A DNA stretch of 60,252 nucleotides, the filler included, from Nemertoderma westbladi (Eukaryota; Animalia; Xenacoelomorpha), in the NCBI GenBank assembly GCA_032718475.1. It is 3 parts of 3 records of this genome, joined end to end, with 100 filler letters (N's around TTAATTAATTAA, not from the genome) between each part and the next. Parts side by side here need not be neighbours in the genome. Positions count along the whole stretch, not along the records: positions 23,995 to 43,584 come from JAUCBJ010003569.1; 2 more parts are not named here. One strand, written 5' to 3'. Position numbers and translations under genes: made by a program. Below are positions 23,995 to 37,100 of the stretch, piece after piece. Below the pieces are notes generated by a model. The model was not told where the DNA came from and made no database searches. It saw nothing but the letters and a program-made list of their open reading frames with translations. Each line of letters starts with the position of its first letter. Position 1 is the first letter of the stretch.

Positions 23995-24215
23995 AGGATA
24001 TATTATTCATATTATATTATCATATCAATTTATATTATTCATATTATACATATTTGGGATTAAATTCTAGTTAGAGCTAATTTTTGAGCTGTTATTTAGT
24101 TTTTAGAATTTTCATTTTAATTTCTGACTAGTTGAGTTTTATTATTAGCAAAAAACAACCATTCTTTGTCACGTTGCCCACTTAGTCGCATTAAATTAAT
24201 GAATTCAGCATCTAA

Positions 24216-24420
24216 TGTGGGGCGAACCACGAAGTGAGTGCAGTCTTAACATATGGGTGCCATTAACGAGTTGTCTGTCTATCTGTGTTGTCTGTCTGTG
24301 TTTGATCGCTAATAACTCAGTCATTCCTTGATGAAATTAAACGAAACTTGGTACGTATCTAGTCCGTCAAAAGTTTAGAAAGAATCTGAAGTTTGGTAAA
24401 AAATGAACGAACGCAACGAG
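24216..24420 (+). mobile_element. 5' fragment of a Helentron-like element
   Basis: TGTGGGGCGAACCACGAAGTGAGTG..., (TCTG)n and the AATAACTC...TTGATGAAAT...AAACTTGGTAC core shared with the copy at 2281. Confidence 0.55.
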
Positions 24421-25286
24421 TTTACAATGGATACGAGTATCTATCTACCATTCATCAGCAGTTACTCTCACAGCTTTTTTACAACTAGTTTATCGCAAAC
24501 TGATAGCATCGCCTTCACTCATATTTATTTTGGGAAAGACGGTGGTGGAAAGGGTTAAAGGCCGGTTTACACGTGGCAACTTTAAGAGCAACTTTCTCGG
24601 CAACTTGTAGAGCCCAGGTTGCCGATCAAGTTACTCCGTATATACACGTAAGTTACCGTAAAAGTTGCTCAACTTTTACGGCAACTTGAAGGAATTTGCG
24701 TTGGCGAATTGAAGCGGAACAATCCAATTATATTACAGTATTTAATATATGACCCAGTTTCTAAAGAGACCACTATTTTACAGTCATACTAGCCAAGTTG
24801 CTCTAAAAGTTGCCGGCCAAGTTGCTGGTAAACTGTAACTCGACTGTAACAGTAACACTGTAAATGTAAACTCGACTGTATTTGTAACTAAATATTGTAC
24901 ATAATAATGTTTACAATTTTATTAGTATTGATAAGAATAGTTTTAATTCGTAATTGGCCAGAATATGGTGTGATTCTTACCGTTGAAACGTAATATTAAT
25001 TGGGATTTGGATTTGGGGGAAAATGGGATTTGGTTGATTTTTTTGTTTAATTTGTAGTTGAAAACTGAGACAAAACTTATGACTTTTTCTAAGTGGTGCT
25101 TATATCTATTCATAGATATATAAACAAAATATTAGACTATGAATGCATATATAATATATGCATTCATAGTCTAATATTTTGTTTATAGGTTATCTTCTGA
25201 TCTTTTAATCTAATAATTATTTATTATTTTATAAATACTTTTTATTTTATTAATAGCATACCGGTATGTTGCCCCCCCCCCCCCAG

Positions 25287-25561
25287 GTCGGTGTCCCAGA
25301 GTTCGTTGCCAGGACGATGACTTACCCGAGTAAGGTAACTCCCTTTAATCGCGCCCTACTCGCTAGGCTCGTTGTCGCCGGCGTGGACGAATGGCCCGGG
25401 GCCAACTACGTGGTGTCGCGGCGGGCCGGGGGAACCAAAAAGTTCCTCAAGTACGGGAACCGGAAGAGAATAGCGAGAGAACTCGAAAACGGGGATATTG
25501 TGGAACGGCATATGTTGGACGGGGATATAGTTCTGTTTAATCGGCAGCCTTCGCTACACAG
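25287..25561 (+). CDS. POLR3A: RNA polymerase III largest subunit, penultimate exon
   Basis: cccAG acceptor; VGVPEFVARTMTYP..WPGANY..GDIVERHMLDGDIVLFNRQPSLH; phase-2 donor AG|GT joins in frame to 30894. Confidence 0.93.
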
Positions 25562-26129
25562 GTAGTTCTAGAACAGTTAAATATTATAACTTAATAAATA
25601 AGTTTCTTGTGGGGCGAGACACGTATGGCGAGCCATCAGCGAACTGATATAATTATACTATGGCCGTTTTTCAAAAGTCTGTGTGTGACGTGTGTGTGTG
25701 TGTGTGTGTCGGTAGCCATAAATGTCGGAAGCCATAATCGAAGTTAATATCTTCAGCTAAATTGTATGGTTGAGTCATTTTGAACGGTCTCTCCATGGAA
25801 ATTAATTGTTTAGCACCATACGATTAAAGTTATTTTGCACTGAAATTAGATATCTGGAATCCATGTACCCCATCCCATTATAGTTTTTTATTTTTTCAAG
25901 TGATTTGCGTTAATAAATGTATTTTTAATTGATTTAAACATAATTAACATTGTAAATTCATACGCTGATTCCATTCTCCCCCATAGAGCCTAAGGCATGG
26001 CAAGGGCAGCCGTGCCCAATAATATTTCTTGAAGTTTTACAGTTGGCAAGCTAAGTCTTTGACCAAGCCAGTGCCTAGGCTAGTACACAAGGACATATTA
26101 GTCCAGTACAAGGAATAGTGCTCCTTCAA

Positions 26130-27285
26130 TATATCTCAACAGACATCAATTCATTTGATGAATTTCTATTTTTTACAAATAAAAAAGAAACAAAACACAA
26201 TAACATAAAAATACGTAATCAACCAATTAAAAATGTAAATGAAACAAAATTTTTAGGAATTTGGATAGACAGAAAATTATCTTGGAAAAATCATTGTGCT
26301 TATGTTTTGAAGAAAATCTCAAAATCGGCTGGTATATTTTTTAAACTCCGACACACTCTACCACTACGTATATTAATATTACTTTACTGTTCACTGATAC
26401 AACCTTACATTAATTACATTTATGTAATGATACATTTATAGTGATCTGGGGTAACGCTCAATCTACACATACGAAACCTCAAACCTATTAAAATTAAAAT
26501 AAATAAACTAGTCAGAGCTATTACCTTCAGTCACTACAGGGTCTACAAACAATTAAATATACTACCGATTGAAAAACTGCATTTTCTTGAAACAGCTAAA
26601 CTAATGTGGGAAATCCACAATAACAAAAAACAAAATTTTATCACTTCGTTGTTTCAACAAACATCTACTGTACATACTTACAACACAAGATCAACAACAA
26701 AAAAAAGCTAACACTATGTACCACGGACCCGACTACTACAAGGACAGAAATCATTAAAATTAAAATATAACGGTGTCATTGTCTGGAACACGCTATAATA
26801 GATGTAGATATGAAACAAAGTAAATCGAAAAAATCATTAGGAAGAAAATTAAAAAATAAACTAATAAATGAGCTACAGTAAGATAAAATACGAGAAAATT
26901 AAATACAAAAAATACAAAATATTGCGATTTTATCCAGTTTCAAATCCTAAAAATACAAATTAAATTAATTGAATAAAAAGTAAAATAAATATACAGTACT
27001 TTGTGGGAAAAACGAAAAAATGGAAATCGCCTGAGCTGTTGCTGGTTGGATAGGCTAGTACCACCCCCCCCCCCCCCCCCCCCCCCCGAACTGGTCGTTG
27101 ATAGCAGTTGACAAAACTAGCTTCGGCTACTGCCAACTACTATCAGTGCACTATTATTATCAACATTCAAAATTATTAAATTGTTAAATGCTTACCCTGC
27201 GAATTAAAAATAATGCAATTATTGTTATAATTATTGTGTACGACCACTCGGTATAAATAAAAATAAATAAATCTCAAATCTCAAA
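26130..27285 (+). mobile_element. 5'-truncated, decayed L2/CR1-group LINE
   Basis: TKFLGIWIDRKLSWKNH..KKISKSAGIFFKLR..LYCSLIQPYINY, continuing through frameshifts to HTYNTRS; 3' UTR hairpin (~27100-27148) and an A-rich tail. Confidence 0.8.
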
Positions 27286-27852
27286 TTTGCCTGTGCCTAC
27301 CAAAGCGTGCTCCATAACATAACATATATTCTTGATTTCCATCACCTCTCACCACAATTATTATTAGTAATTAAAAGTTTCAATTCGATTTGTCTTTCCG
27401 TTATCTGGTTATTCAGTTATTGCATTATTAATAAATAAATGTTTTAAAATATATCTTACGAAATATGGTTAATATTTAAAACTTGTCGCTAACATTCTCG
27501 CTATGGGGGTTATAAGGAGTGCTGATTACATTTCTGATGTCAGTTTTCACGTTTACATAAATCTAGTCTGTCTGTCTGTCGGTCATTCTGTCAGTCAGTC
27601 TGTCAAAACTTAAAAGATAATTCAAATTAACTAACATTCTCGCTATGGGGGTTTTAAGGGGTGCTGATTTCATTTCTGATGTCAGTTTTCAGGTTTACAT
27701 AAATCTAGTCTGTCTGTTTGTCGGTCGGTCTTTCTGTCAGTCAGTCAGTCTGTCAAAACTTACAAAATAATACAAACTAACTAACATTCTCGTTATGGGG
27801 GTTTTAATGGGTGCTGATTTTATTTTAGACGTCATAGGCTCTAAGGGGTTAA

Positions 27853-28226
27853 GCAACACGGTCCCTACTTCGCCCTGTCGACACCCCAGCCATTTTCCAC
27901 CAATCCTTTTTTAGAGTTTATTAATATTTTTGGTATTGGTGAAAGTTCTACAACATTAGTAGATATGTTTTTTATGATAGCTAGTGTTTTTTTGCTAGCT
28001 AGCATTTTTTGAAATTATAAAAAATGTGAAAGTCCATGATATTTCAGGTTAAACTGTTGAAGAATATATTAATGACCAAAATAATTTCCAAAAATTACTA
28101 GCTAGTAAAAAATACTAGCTATATACCATAAAAAATCTACTAAGGTTCTAGAACATTTACTAATATAAAAAAGCAATCAAAATCACAAAAAATAAAGGTT
28201 AAAAAACTCATTCGGGACTCTTTTGC
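27853..28226. mobile_element. TTAA-flanked MITE
   Basis: TTAA at 27849-27852 and 28227-28230; imperfect TIRs GCAACACGGTCCC and GGGACTCTTTTGC. Confidence 0.55.
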
Positions 28227-29737
28227 TTAAGGAGTCAAAATTGTAGAACAAATTCCCGAAGTTTGCGACGTTTGCGAAATTCGCGAAGAATTCGTCAGTT
28301 TCTGTGCCCTAATGGTTTCGTGACGAAACAATCAAATCTTACACACTTAACACACACGAACTAATTTAATGTGGGTATTAGTATGCCTGAATGATTAAAT
28401 AGATTAAATAAATTAAATTCATTGAACATTTGAACACGTGCTGCTCGAAGACCCCACAACGTGTTCTACCAGTTATTTTAGGGGGGGCTGGCTAGGAGTT
28501 CAACATTTTGTTGGTATTAATGTTTCAAAAAAAATTCTTTATTGACGCCCCTTAGCGGCCTGAGCTAGAATTTACATTTTTGACTTAAAATACTTCGTTA
28601 TTATTTATTTTCAGAAGTTGTAACCTTTTTTTTTAATCAGCGGGATCGATTACGTAAAAAATTCGTGCAGAATTTTTTTTCGTACTTTTCAGGAGAATGC
28701 CGCTATTTTTTAAAATAAATTTCAAATCTTCAAATTTAAAGCACGTAAAAAAAGCACGTAAAAAAAGCACGTAAAAAAAGCGCGTAAAAAATGTTATAAC
28801 ATATGAACAATTGCAAAACTAAAAAAATTAAAATTAAAATTAAAAAAAATAATAAAAATTAAAAAAATTAAAAAAATTTATTTTTTGTTTTTTGTTTTTT
28901 TTTACGGATAAAAAAACTGTTTTTTTTTAAAACAAAAACTGCTTAAATAATGAGCTATAAATGCATGGTATACCTATAATTCACACCACTGCACTACTCC
29001 CATTTACTATGTAGTAATACAGTAATAGGCTTAAGCTTTCAGTTGAGCGGGTGAACTGAACAGCCGCCAGCTCTTCATGCAATCCAAGGCACGGAACCGG
29101 CTCGTCGCTCATGCACTGCAGCACTGCTTCTGAGTGACCAAGAGCAGTGATGTCGCGGTGGTTCCTGAACATATTGTGTAGTCTGAGGACAGTGTTAAGA
29201 TTGACGAGGATGGGAGTGACAGTGACTGGACTCGGACTGATTGTGATTATGTTTCTGTGCAGTTTGATATAACTGTCAGTACGGTAGTGTGAATGTTGCT
29301 GTTGGTGTCAGAGTGGGTCATTGTACAATAAATTGTATATTAAAATATTAAATATCATTTTAACACTCATAATATAAATATTAAATATTGTATAACAATT
29401 ATTTAATAGGCCTCCTGTAGGCCTTAAAAATACCAGATACTGAATTGAAGCAACAGCTTAAAAAAACATAAAAAACATAAAAAAAAACAAAAAAACGTTT
29501 TAAACAAATTGGTTTTTGAAAATCGTGTTTTTTTAAAAACCCTATTGCGCACAAGCTTTTAATTGATACAAAAAACTTACAAATTGGTTGAAAAATTGCG
29601 GAGGAGTACTGTTTTAAAATTGAAAATATACTATTCCGAGATAATTGCCTTTACAATTTGAACCTTCCCGCGCAAAACCTGTCTGTTAATATGTGGGAAT
29701 ATCTGTCAATATATTATCTAGCAACAAGAAAGCACAT

Positions 29738-30170
29738 CTAGAACAGTAGCTTTACTTTAATAAATAGGTTACATGTTCTAGAACAGTAAATATTATTTTA
29801 ATAAATAGGTTACATGCTCTATAGAACAGTAAATATTATTTTAATAAATAGGTTACATGTTCTAGAACAGTAAATATTATTTTAATAAATAGGTTACATG
29901 TTCTATAGAACAGTAAATATTATTTTAATAAATAGGTTACATGTTCTAGAACAGTAAATATTATTTTAATAAATAGGTTACATGTTCTATAGAACAGTAA
30001 ATATTATTTTAATAAATAGGTTACATGTTCTAGAACAGTAATTTAATTTGCTAAGGTTACTTCTTTTAGAACATTAATATTAATTTAATAAATAGTTTAC
30101 GTGTTCTAGAACAGTAATTTTAATTTGATAAATAAGTTACATGCTCTAGAACAGTAATAGCCTATTAATT
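29738..30170. repeat. 41-43 bp tandem repeat, ~10 copies, in the POLR3A intron
   Basis: Unit GGTTACATGTTCTAGAACAGTAAATATTATTTTAATAAATA. Confidence 0.9.
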
Positions 30171-30893
30171 TCAACATGTTTTGGAACATTGAAAAATGTT
30201 CAAAAAGACGTGGAAAAATCTAACTGGTATAAAAATAACTGTACTCATACAACATTTAATGAAATTATATAACTTGTGTATCAGATGTATTAGGGATGGG
30301 TGTCGGGAAACAATTATAGTGCTTATTATTCTTATTCCAGGAATTCATTTAAATACTTTAAACCAGTGTTGTCTTGTATTTACTTGAGTTTGTTGAATTC
30401 TTTTATAAAACGTCGATGGCCAATTCAACTTGTTGTTTTATCTTTCATATTATAATTATTTATACTCTATTTGAGAAGCGCGTCTGTAAGCTGCTACGTG
30501 TAGTTGTTGTCTCTATTCTATTTGTTGATTATATTTTTTTTTCAATTTTTTTGCTGTGATCGATGTATCGAAATTTATGAAATATATAAACTCAACTTTT
30601 ATTCTCGTCAATATAAAACAACAACAACAACATATAACAGTAACACACAATGCTACGAAATGTATAAACTGAGTAAAGAAATACTAATAAATATGCCAGT
30701 TTATTTGACTTGTGACTTCTCGATAAAAAGTTCGAGATTAATAAATTATATTCATTAATAACTAATATGAATAGAAAGTTTTAATAATTTAATTATTACA
30801 TTCTGAATAGAAAATAATGTATCACATTATTATAATAAGATGAGAATGAAAATTATTTATCGTCCTGTTAATTATTTATTTGTTGTTTAATAG

Positions 30894-33618
30894 AATCTCT
30901 ATAATGTCTCACTTCGCGAGGGTGATGCCTGGTAAGACCCTCCGATTCAACGAGTGCGTCTGCAACCCGTACAACGCAGACTTCGACGGGGACGAAATGA
31001 ACATCCACCTGCCGCAGACAGAGGAAGCCCGCGCGGAGGCCGCTGTGCTGATGGGCACCAAGGCCAACATCTGCACGCCCCGCAACGGGGAGCCCTTGAT
31101 CGCGGCCATACAGGACTTCATCACCGGGGCCTACCTGCTCACCTCCAAGGACGTCTTCATGAACTACTCCGCAGTCGTCCAGGTCGTATCTTCCTTCTTG
31201 GTGGGTCGAGATCGGAGATTGAGGGTCGATATTCCCAACCCCGCGATAATGAAACCCTGTCGTTTATGGACTGGGAAGCAAATATTCTCTGTTATAATCC
31301 GACCAAATAAGGATTCTAGAATACTCGCGAATCTGCGAACTAAAGGTAAGAATTATTCTAAGAACGAAGATCTTTGCATCAACGATTCTTACGTCGTTTT
31401 CTTTAACTCGCAGTTGGTTTGCGGTGCTATCGATAAGGCGACTATAGGAGGCAGCAAGAAAAGTATATTCTACACGTTGCTGCGCGATTACGGGTCTGTT
31501 GTTGCCTCGACGACGATGTACAGACTGACTCGAGTCGCTTCCTACTACCTCAGCAACCGGGGGTTCAGTATCGGGATCGGGGACGTAACCCCCGGGGTCC
31601 GGCTGATCGCCGCGAAGGAGAAACTCGTCAGCGACGGCTACGCCAAGTGCGAGTCGCACATCGGAGACCTCAGGGAGGGGAGGCTGGTCGCGCAGCCCGG
31701 CTGCTCCCAGACGGAGAGTCTGGAGGCGGTGATCCTGCGGGAACTCTCCGGGATACGGGACGCCGCCGGGAACGCCTGTCTCCGCGAACTCTACCCCTCG
31801 AACAGCCCGTTGAACATGGCGCTCTGCGGCTCCAAGGGCTCCTTCATCAACATCTCCCAGATGATCTCCTGCGTGGGCCAACAGGCGATCAACGGGAAAC
31901 GCGTTCCCAACGGGTTCCACGCTCGTTCCCTCCCGCACTACGCGCTCGCGCGGTCGTTGACCCCCGCCGCCAAGGGTTTCGTCGCGAACAGTTTCTACAC
32001 GGGGTTGACGCCCTCCGAGTTCTTCTTCCACACGATGGGCGGTCGGGAAGGGCTGGTCGACACCGCGGTTAAAACCGCCGAGACGGGTTACATGCAGAGG
32101 CGTTTGATGAAGACGTTGGAAGACTTGATGGTCCGTTACGACGATGTTGTCTACACCTCCACCAACGATATTGTGCAGTTCACTTTCGGGGGCGATTCGT
32201 TGGACCCACTGGAGATGGAAGGTAAAGACAAACCGGTGGACTTTGAGAAAGTTCTCAACCATGTTCGGTGTTCTACATTATGTAAGGAAGAACTTTCGCT
32301 GCGTGGCAAAGAAATTCGATCGCTTTCTAAAGAAATTATCAATTCTGAGTTTTCCGAAGTTCACGAGGATTTTATTTCGGATTTAAGTGGTTTCTTAAAG
32401 GAGTTGAGTTTGCGTGTCGAGGAATGTCGCGAGAAGGACTCTCGGAACGCGCCAATCAGTCTCCAGGTGGAGCGGTTCACGCGCGGACAGCTGGTGGAGT
32501 TCCTGCGTTCCTGTCGCGCCAAATACGTCCGTTCCGTGATCGAGCCGGGGACCGCGGTGGGCGCGTTGGCGGCCCAGAGTATCGGCGAGCCCGGCACTCA
32601 GATGACCTTGAAAACGTTTCACTTCGCGGGCGTCGCCTCAATGAACATCACGCAGGGCGTGCCGCGGATCAAAGAGATAATCAACGCGTCAAAATCAATC
32701 AGCACCCCGATCACGACGGCGACCTTGGTCAACGATCAAGACCCGGAGTTCGCTAGGACCGTGAAAGGTCGCATCGAGAAAACCTGTCTCGGCGAGATCA
32801 CGCAGTACATCGAGAGCGTCTACCTCCCCGACTCTATGTTTCTTCTCGTTCGATTAGATTCCGATCGTATTCGACTACTTAAACTTGCGGTTAACTCGTA
32901 CACCATCAAGTACTCGCTACTCTCGTCCCGTCTACGGCTCGGACTCCGCGCCCCGAACATAGTTACCCACGGGCCGGCTCTTCTACAGATCTTCCCTCCA
33001 GACGAGGACTCCTCCAAACTAACCCCCTTCTACATCCTCCATCGTCTCGTTAAAGCTCTTCCCCACGTTGTCGTCGTCGGTCTCCCGACCGTCTCCCGGG
33101 CCGTCATCAACATCGTCGAGAAGTCCTCCAAGACCACCTACAAACTCCTCGTCGAGGGGCAGAACTTCCAGGAGATTATGGCTACCCCCGGGGTGGACGG
33201 GAGATTCACGTCCTCTAACAACACCATCGAGGTCTTTAAAGCCTTGGGAATCGAAGCAGCGCGAGCGACGATCATCAAGGAAATCATCTACACGATGGAG
33301 AACCACGGGATGAGCATCGATAAACGGCACGTTATGCTCCTCGCTGACACCATGTGCTACAAGGGCGAGGTCCTGGGAATCACTCGGTTCGGCTTGTCCA
33401 AGATGAAAGAGAGCGTTCTAATGTTGGCCTCCTTCGAGAAAACTCAGGATCATTTGTTCGACGCTGCTCTTCACGGAAGGACTGACGACATCGCCGGGGT
33501 TAGCGAGTCCATTATAATGGGAAACCCGATGCCTCTGGGAACCGGAATGTTTAAACTACTCCGTCAACCGGCGGCCTTCCATCTCGTCTTACCGAAATCG
33601 TTGGTGTTCGACAGCTAG
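30894..33618 (+). CDS. POLR3A: RNA polymerase III largest subunit, terminal 2.7-kb exon
   Basis: Catalytic NADFDGD in the RPC1-type context [20 protein letters not shown]; [17 protein letters not shown]; [15 protein letters not shown]; [27 protein letters not shown]; no CTD heptads. Acceptor tttaatAG at 30892-30893. Confidence 0.96.
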
Positions 33619-34188
33619 CGTCTCGTTTAGCTCTGTGATTTATTAACTGTGCTGGTCTCTCTTAGGCCTCGATTAATTATGCAATAAAAGGCAGTTCTTT
33701 TTTAGTAGGATTTAGTGTCAAGGTTCTCATTATTATGTAGTAAATTGATGTGCCAAATAATTATTTTCTTATTTTTACTTAATTAATATAGTTAACTGAA
33801 CTCGAATACAGCCGGATTCTTAAATTATTTCACCATCATCATTGTAGTTAGAGTAACGCAATCTTCTAAAAAAGATCACGACGCAGGAGATACGGTTTCT
33901 ATCGTATATGTCTCTTATCACAGGAGTAACTTATGTTGGGGGCTTACGGGGTAGTCTAAAATGCGGGGGGGGGGGGGGGGGGGGGCGTAAATCCTCTTGG
34001 CGAATTAATATCTCGCCTCAAAGATAAAATCAGCTGTCATTTGCTTCGAATTTCCCCTGGAATGGGATTAATATTTATTGCGTTTTTAATTTATGAGATA
34101 TTTTTTGTGGCTTATATTATTGATTTAGTTTATCCTTTGGCACGTAATTTATATTTTTACTCCATTACTAAGACCTTGTTTGACTAAA

Positions 34189-37100
34189 TCATTAACATTA
34201 ATGTGCCAGTTTCATTAACATTAATGTGCCAGTTTCATTAACATTAATGTGCCAGTTTCATTAACATTAATGTGCCAGTTTCATTAACATTAATGTGCCA
34301 GTTTCATTAACATTAATGTGCCAGTTTCATTAACATTAATGTGCCAGTTTCATTAACATTAATGTGCCAGTTTCATTAACATTAATGTGCCAGTTTCATT
34401 AACATTAATGTGCCAGTTTCATTAACATTAATGTGCCAGTTTCATTAACATTAATGTGCCAGTTTCATTAACATTAATGTGCCAGTTTCATTAACATTAA
34501 TGTGCCAGTTTCATTAACATTAATGTGCCAGTTTCATTAACATTAATGTGCCAGTTTCATTAACATTAATGTGCCAGTTTCATTAACATTAATGTGCCAG
34601 TTTCATTAACATTAATGTGCCAGTTTCATTAACATTAATGTGCCAGTTTCATTAACATTAATGTGCCAGTTTCATTAACATTAATGTGCCAGTTTCATTA
34701 ACATTAATGTGCCAGTTTCATTAACATTAATGTGCCAGTTTCATTAACATTAATGTGCCAGTTTCATTAACATTAATGTGCCAGTTTCATTAACATTAAT
34801 GTGCCAGTTTCATTAACATTAATGTGCCAGTTTCATTAACATTAATGTGCCAGTTTCATTAACATTAATGTGCCAGTTTCATTAACATTAATGTGCCAGT
34901 TTCATTAACATTAATGTGCCAGTTTCATTAACATTAATGTGCCAGTTTCATTAACATTAATGTGCCAGTTTCATTAACATTAATGTGCCAGTTTCATTAA
35001 CATTAATGTGCCAGTTTCATTAACATTAATGTGCCAGTTTCATTAACATTAATGTGCCAGTTTCATTAACATTAATGTGCCAGTTTCATTAACATTAATG
35101 TGCCAGTTTCATTAACATTAATGTGCCAGTTTCATTAACATTAATGTGCCAGTTTCATTAACATTAATGTGCCAGTTTCATTAACATTAATGTGCCAGTT
35201 TCATTAACATTAATGTGCCAGTTTCATTAACATTAATGTGCCAGTTTCATTAACATTAATGTGCCAGTTTCATTAACATTAATGTGCCAGTTTCATTAAC
35301 ATTAATGTGCCAGTTTCATTAACATTAATGTGCCAGTTTCATTAACATTAATGTGCCAGTTTCATTAACATTAATGTGCCAGTTTCATTAACATTAATGT
35401 GCCAGTTTCATTAACATTAATGTGCCAGTTTCATTAACATTAATGTGCCAGTTTCATTAACATTAATGTGCCAGTTTCATTAACATTAATGTGCCAGTTT
35501 CATTAACATTAATGTGCCAGTTTCATTAACATTAATGTGCCAGTTTCATTAACATTAATGTGCCAGTTTCATTAACATTAATGTGCCAGTTTCATTAACA
35601 TTAATGTGCCAGTTTCATTAACATTAATGTGCCAGTTTCATTAACATTAATGTGCCAGTTTCATTAACATTAATGTGCCAGTTTCATTAACATTAATGTG
35701 CCAGTTTCATTAACATTAATGTGCCAGTTTCATTAACATTAATGTGCCAGTTTCATTAACATTAATGTGCCAGTTTCATTAACATTAATGTGCCAGTTTC
35801 ATTAACATTAATGTGCCAGTTTCATTAACATTAATGTGCCAGTTTCATTAACATTAATGTGCCAGTTTCATTAACATTAATGTGCCAGTTTCATTAACAT
35901 TAATGTGCCAGTTTCATTAACATTAATGTGCCAGTTTCATTAACATTAATGTGCCAGTTTCATTAACATTAATGTGCCAGTTTCATTAACATTAATGTGC
36001 CAGTTTCATTAACATTAATGTGCCAGTTTCATTAACATTAATGTGCCAGTTTCATTAACATTAATGTGCCAGTTTCATTAACATTAATGTGCCAGTTTCA
36101 TTAACATTAATGTGCCAGTTTCATTAACATTAATGTGCCAGTTTCATTAACATTAATGTGCCAGTTTCATTAACATTAATGTGCCAGTTTCATTAACATT
36201 AATGTGCCAGTTTCATTAACATTAATGTGCCAGTTTCATTAACATTAATGTGCCAGTTTCATTAACATTAATGTGCCAGTTTCATTAACATTAATGTGCC
36301 AGTTTCATTAACATTAATGTGCCAGTTTCATTAACATTAATGTGCCAGTTTCATTAACATTAATGTGCCAGTTTCATTAACATTAATGTGCCAGTTTCAT
36401 TAACATTAATGTGCCAGTTTCATTAACATTAATGTGCCAGTTTCATTAACATTAATGTGCCAGTTTCATTAACATTAATGTGCCAGTTTCATTAACATTA
36501 ATGTGCCAGTTTCATTAACATTAATGTGCCAGTTTCATTAACATTAATGTGCCAGTTTCATTAACATTAATGTGCCAGTTTCATTAACATTAATGTGCCA
36601 GTTTCATTAACATTAATGTGCCAGTTTCATTAACATTAATGTGCCAGTTTCATTAACATTAATGTGCCAGTTTCATTAACATTAATGTGCCAGTTTCATT
36701 AACATTAATGTGCCAGTTTCATTAACATTAATGTGCCAGTTTCATTAACATTAATGTGCCAGTTTCATTAACATTAATGTGCCAGTTTCATTAACATTAA
36801 TGTGCCAGTTTCATTAACATTAATGTGCCAGTTTCATTAACATTAATGTGCCAGTTTCATTAACATTAATGTGCCAGTTTCATTAACATTAATGTGCCAG
36901 TTTCATTAACATTAATGTGCCAGTTTCATTAACATTAATGTGCCAGTTTCATTAACATTAATGTGCCAGTTTCATTAACATTAATGTGCCAGTTTCATTA
37001 ACATTAATGTGCCAGTTTCATTAACATTAATGTGCCAGTTTCATTAACATTAATGTGCCAGTTTCATTAACATTAATGTGCCAGTTTCATTAACATTAAT

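Larger units (their letters stand above)
25608..28475 (+). mobile_element. Helentron-like element with nested insertions in the POLR3A intron
   Basis: Starts TGTGGGGCGAGACACG followed by (TG)n, and ends CGTGCTGCTCGAAGACCCCACAACGTG; shares an internal block (~25850-25950) with 7830-7930. Confidence 0.5.

Noticed and set aside
30909-33330. Antisense and alternative-frame ORFs over POLR3A, including the 332-aa one
   Set aside because: Shadow ORFs expected from GC-rich codon usage; no independent motifs.
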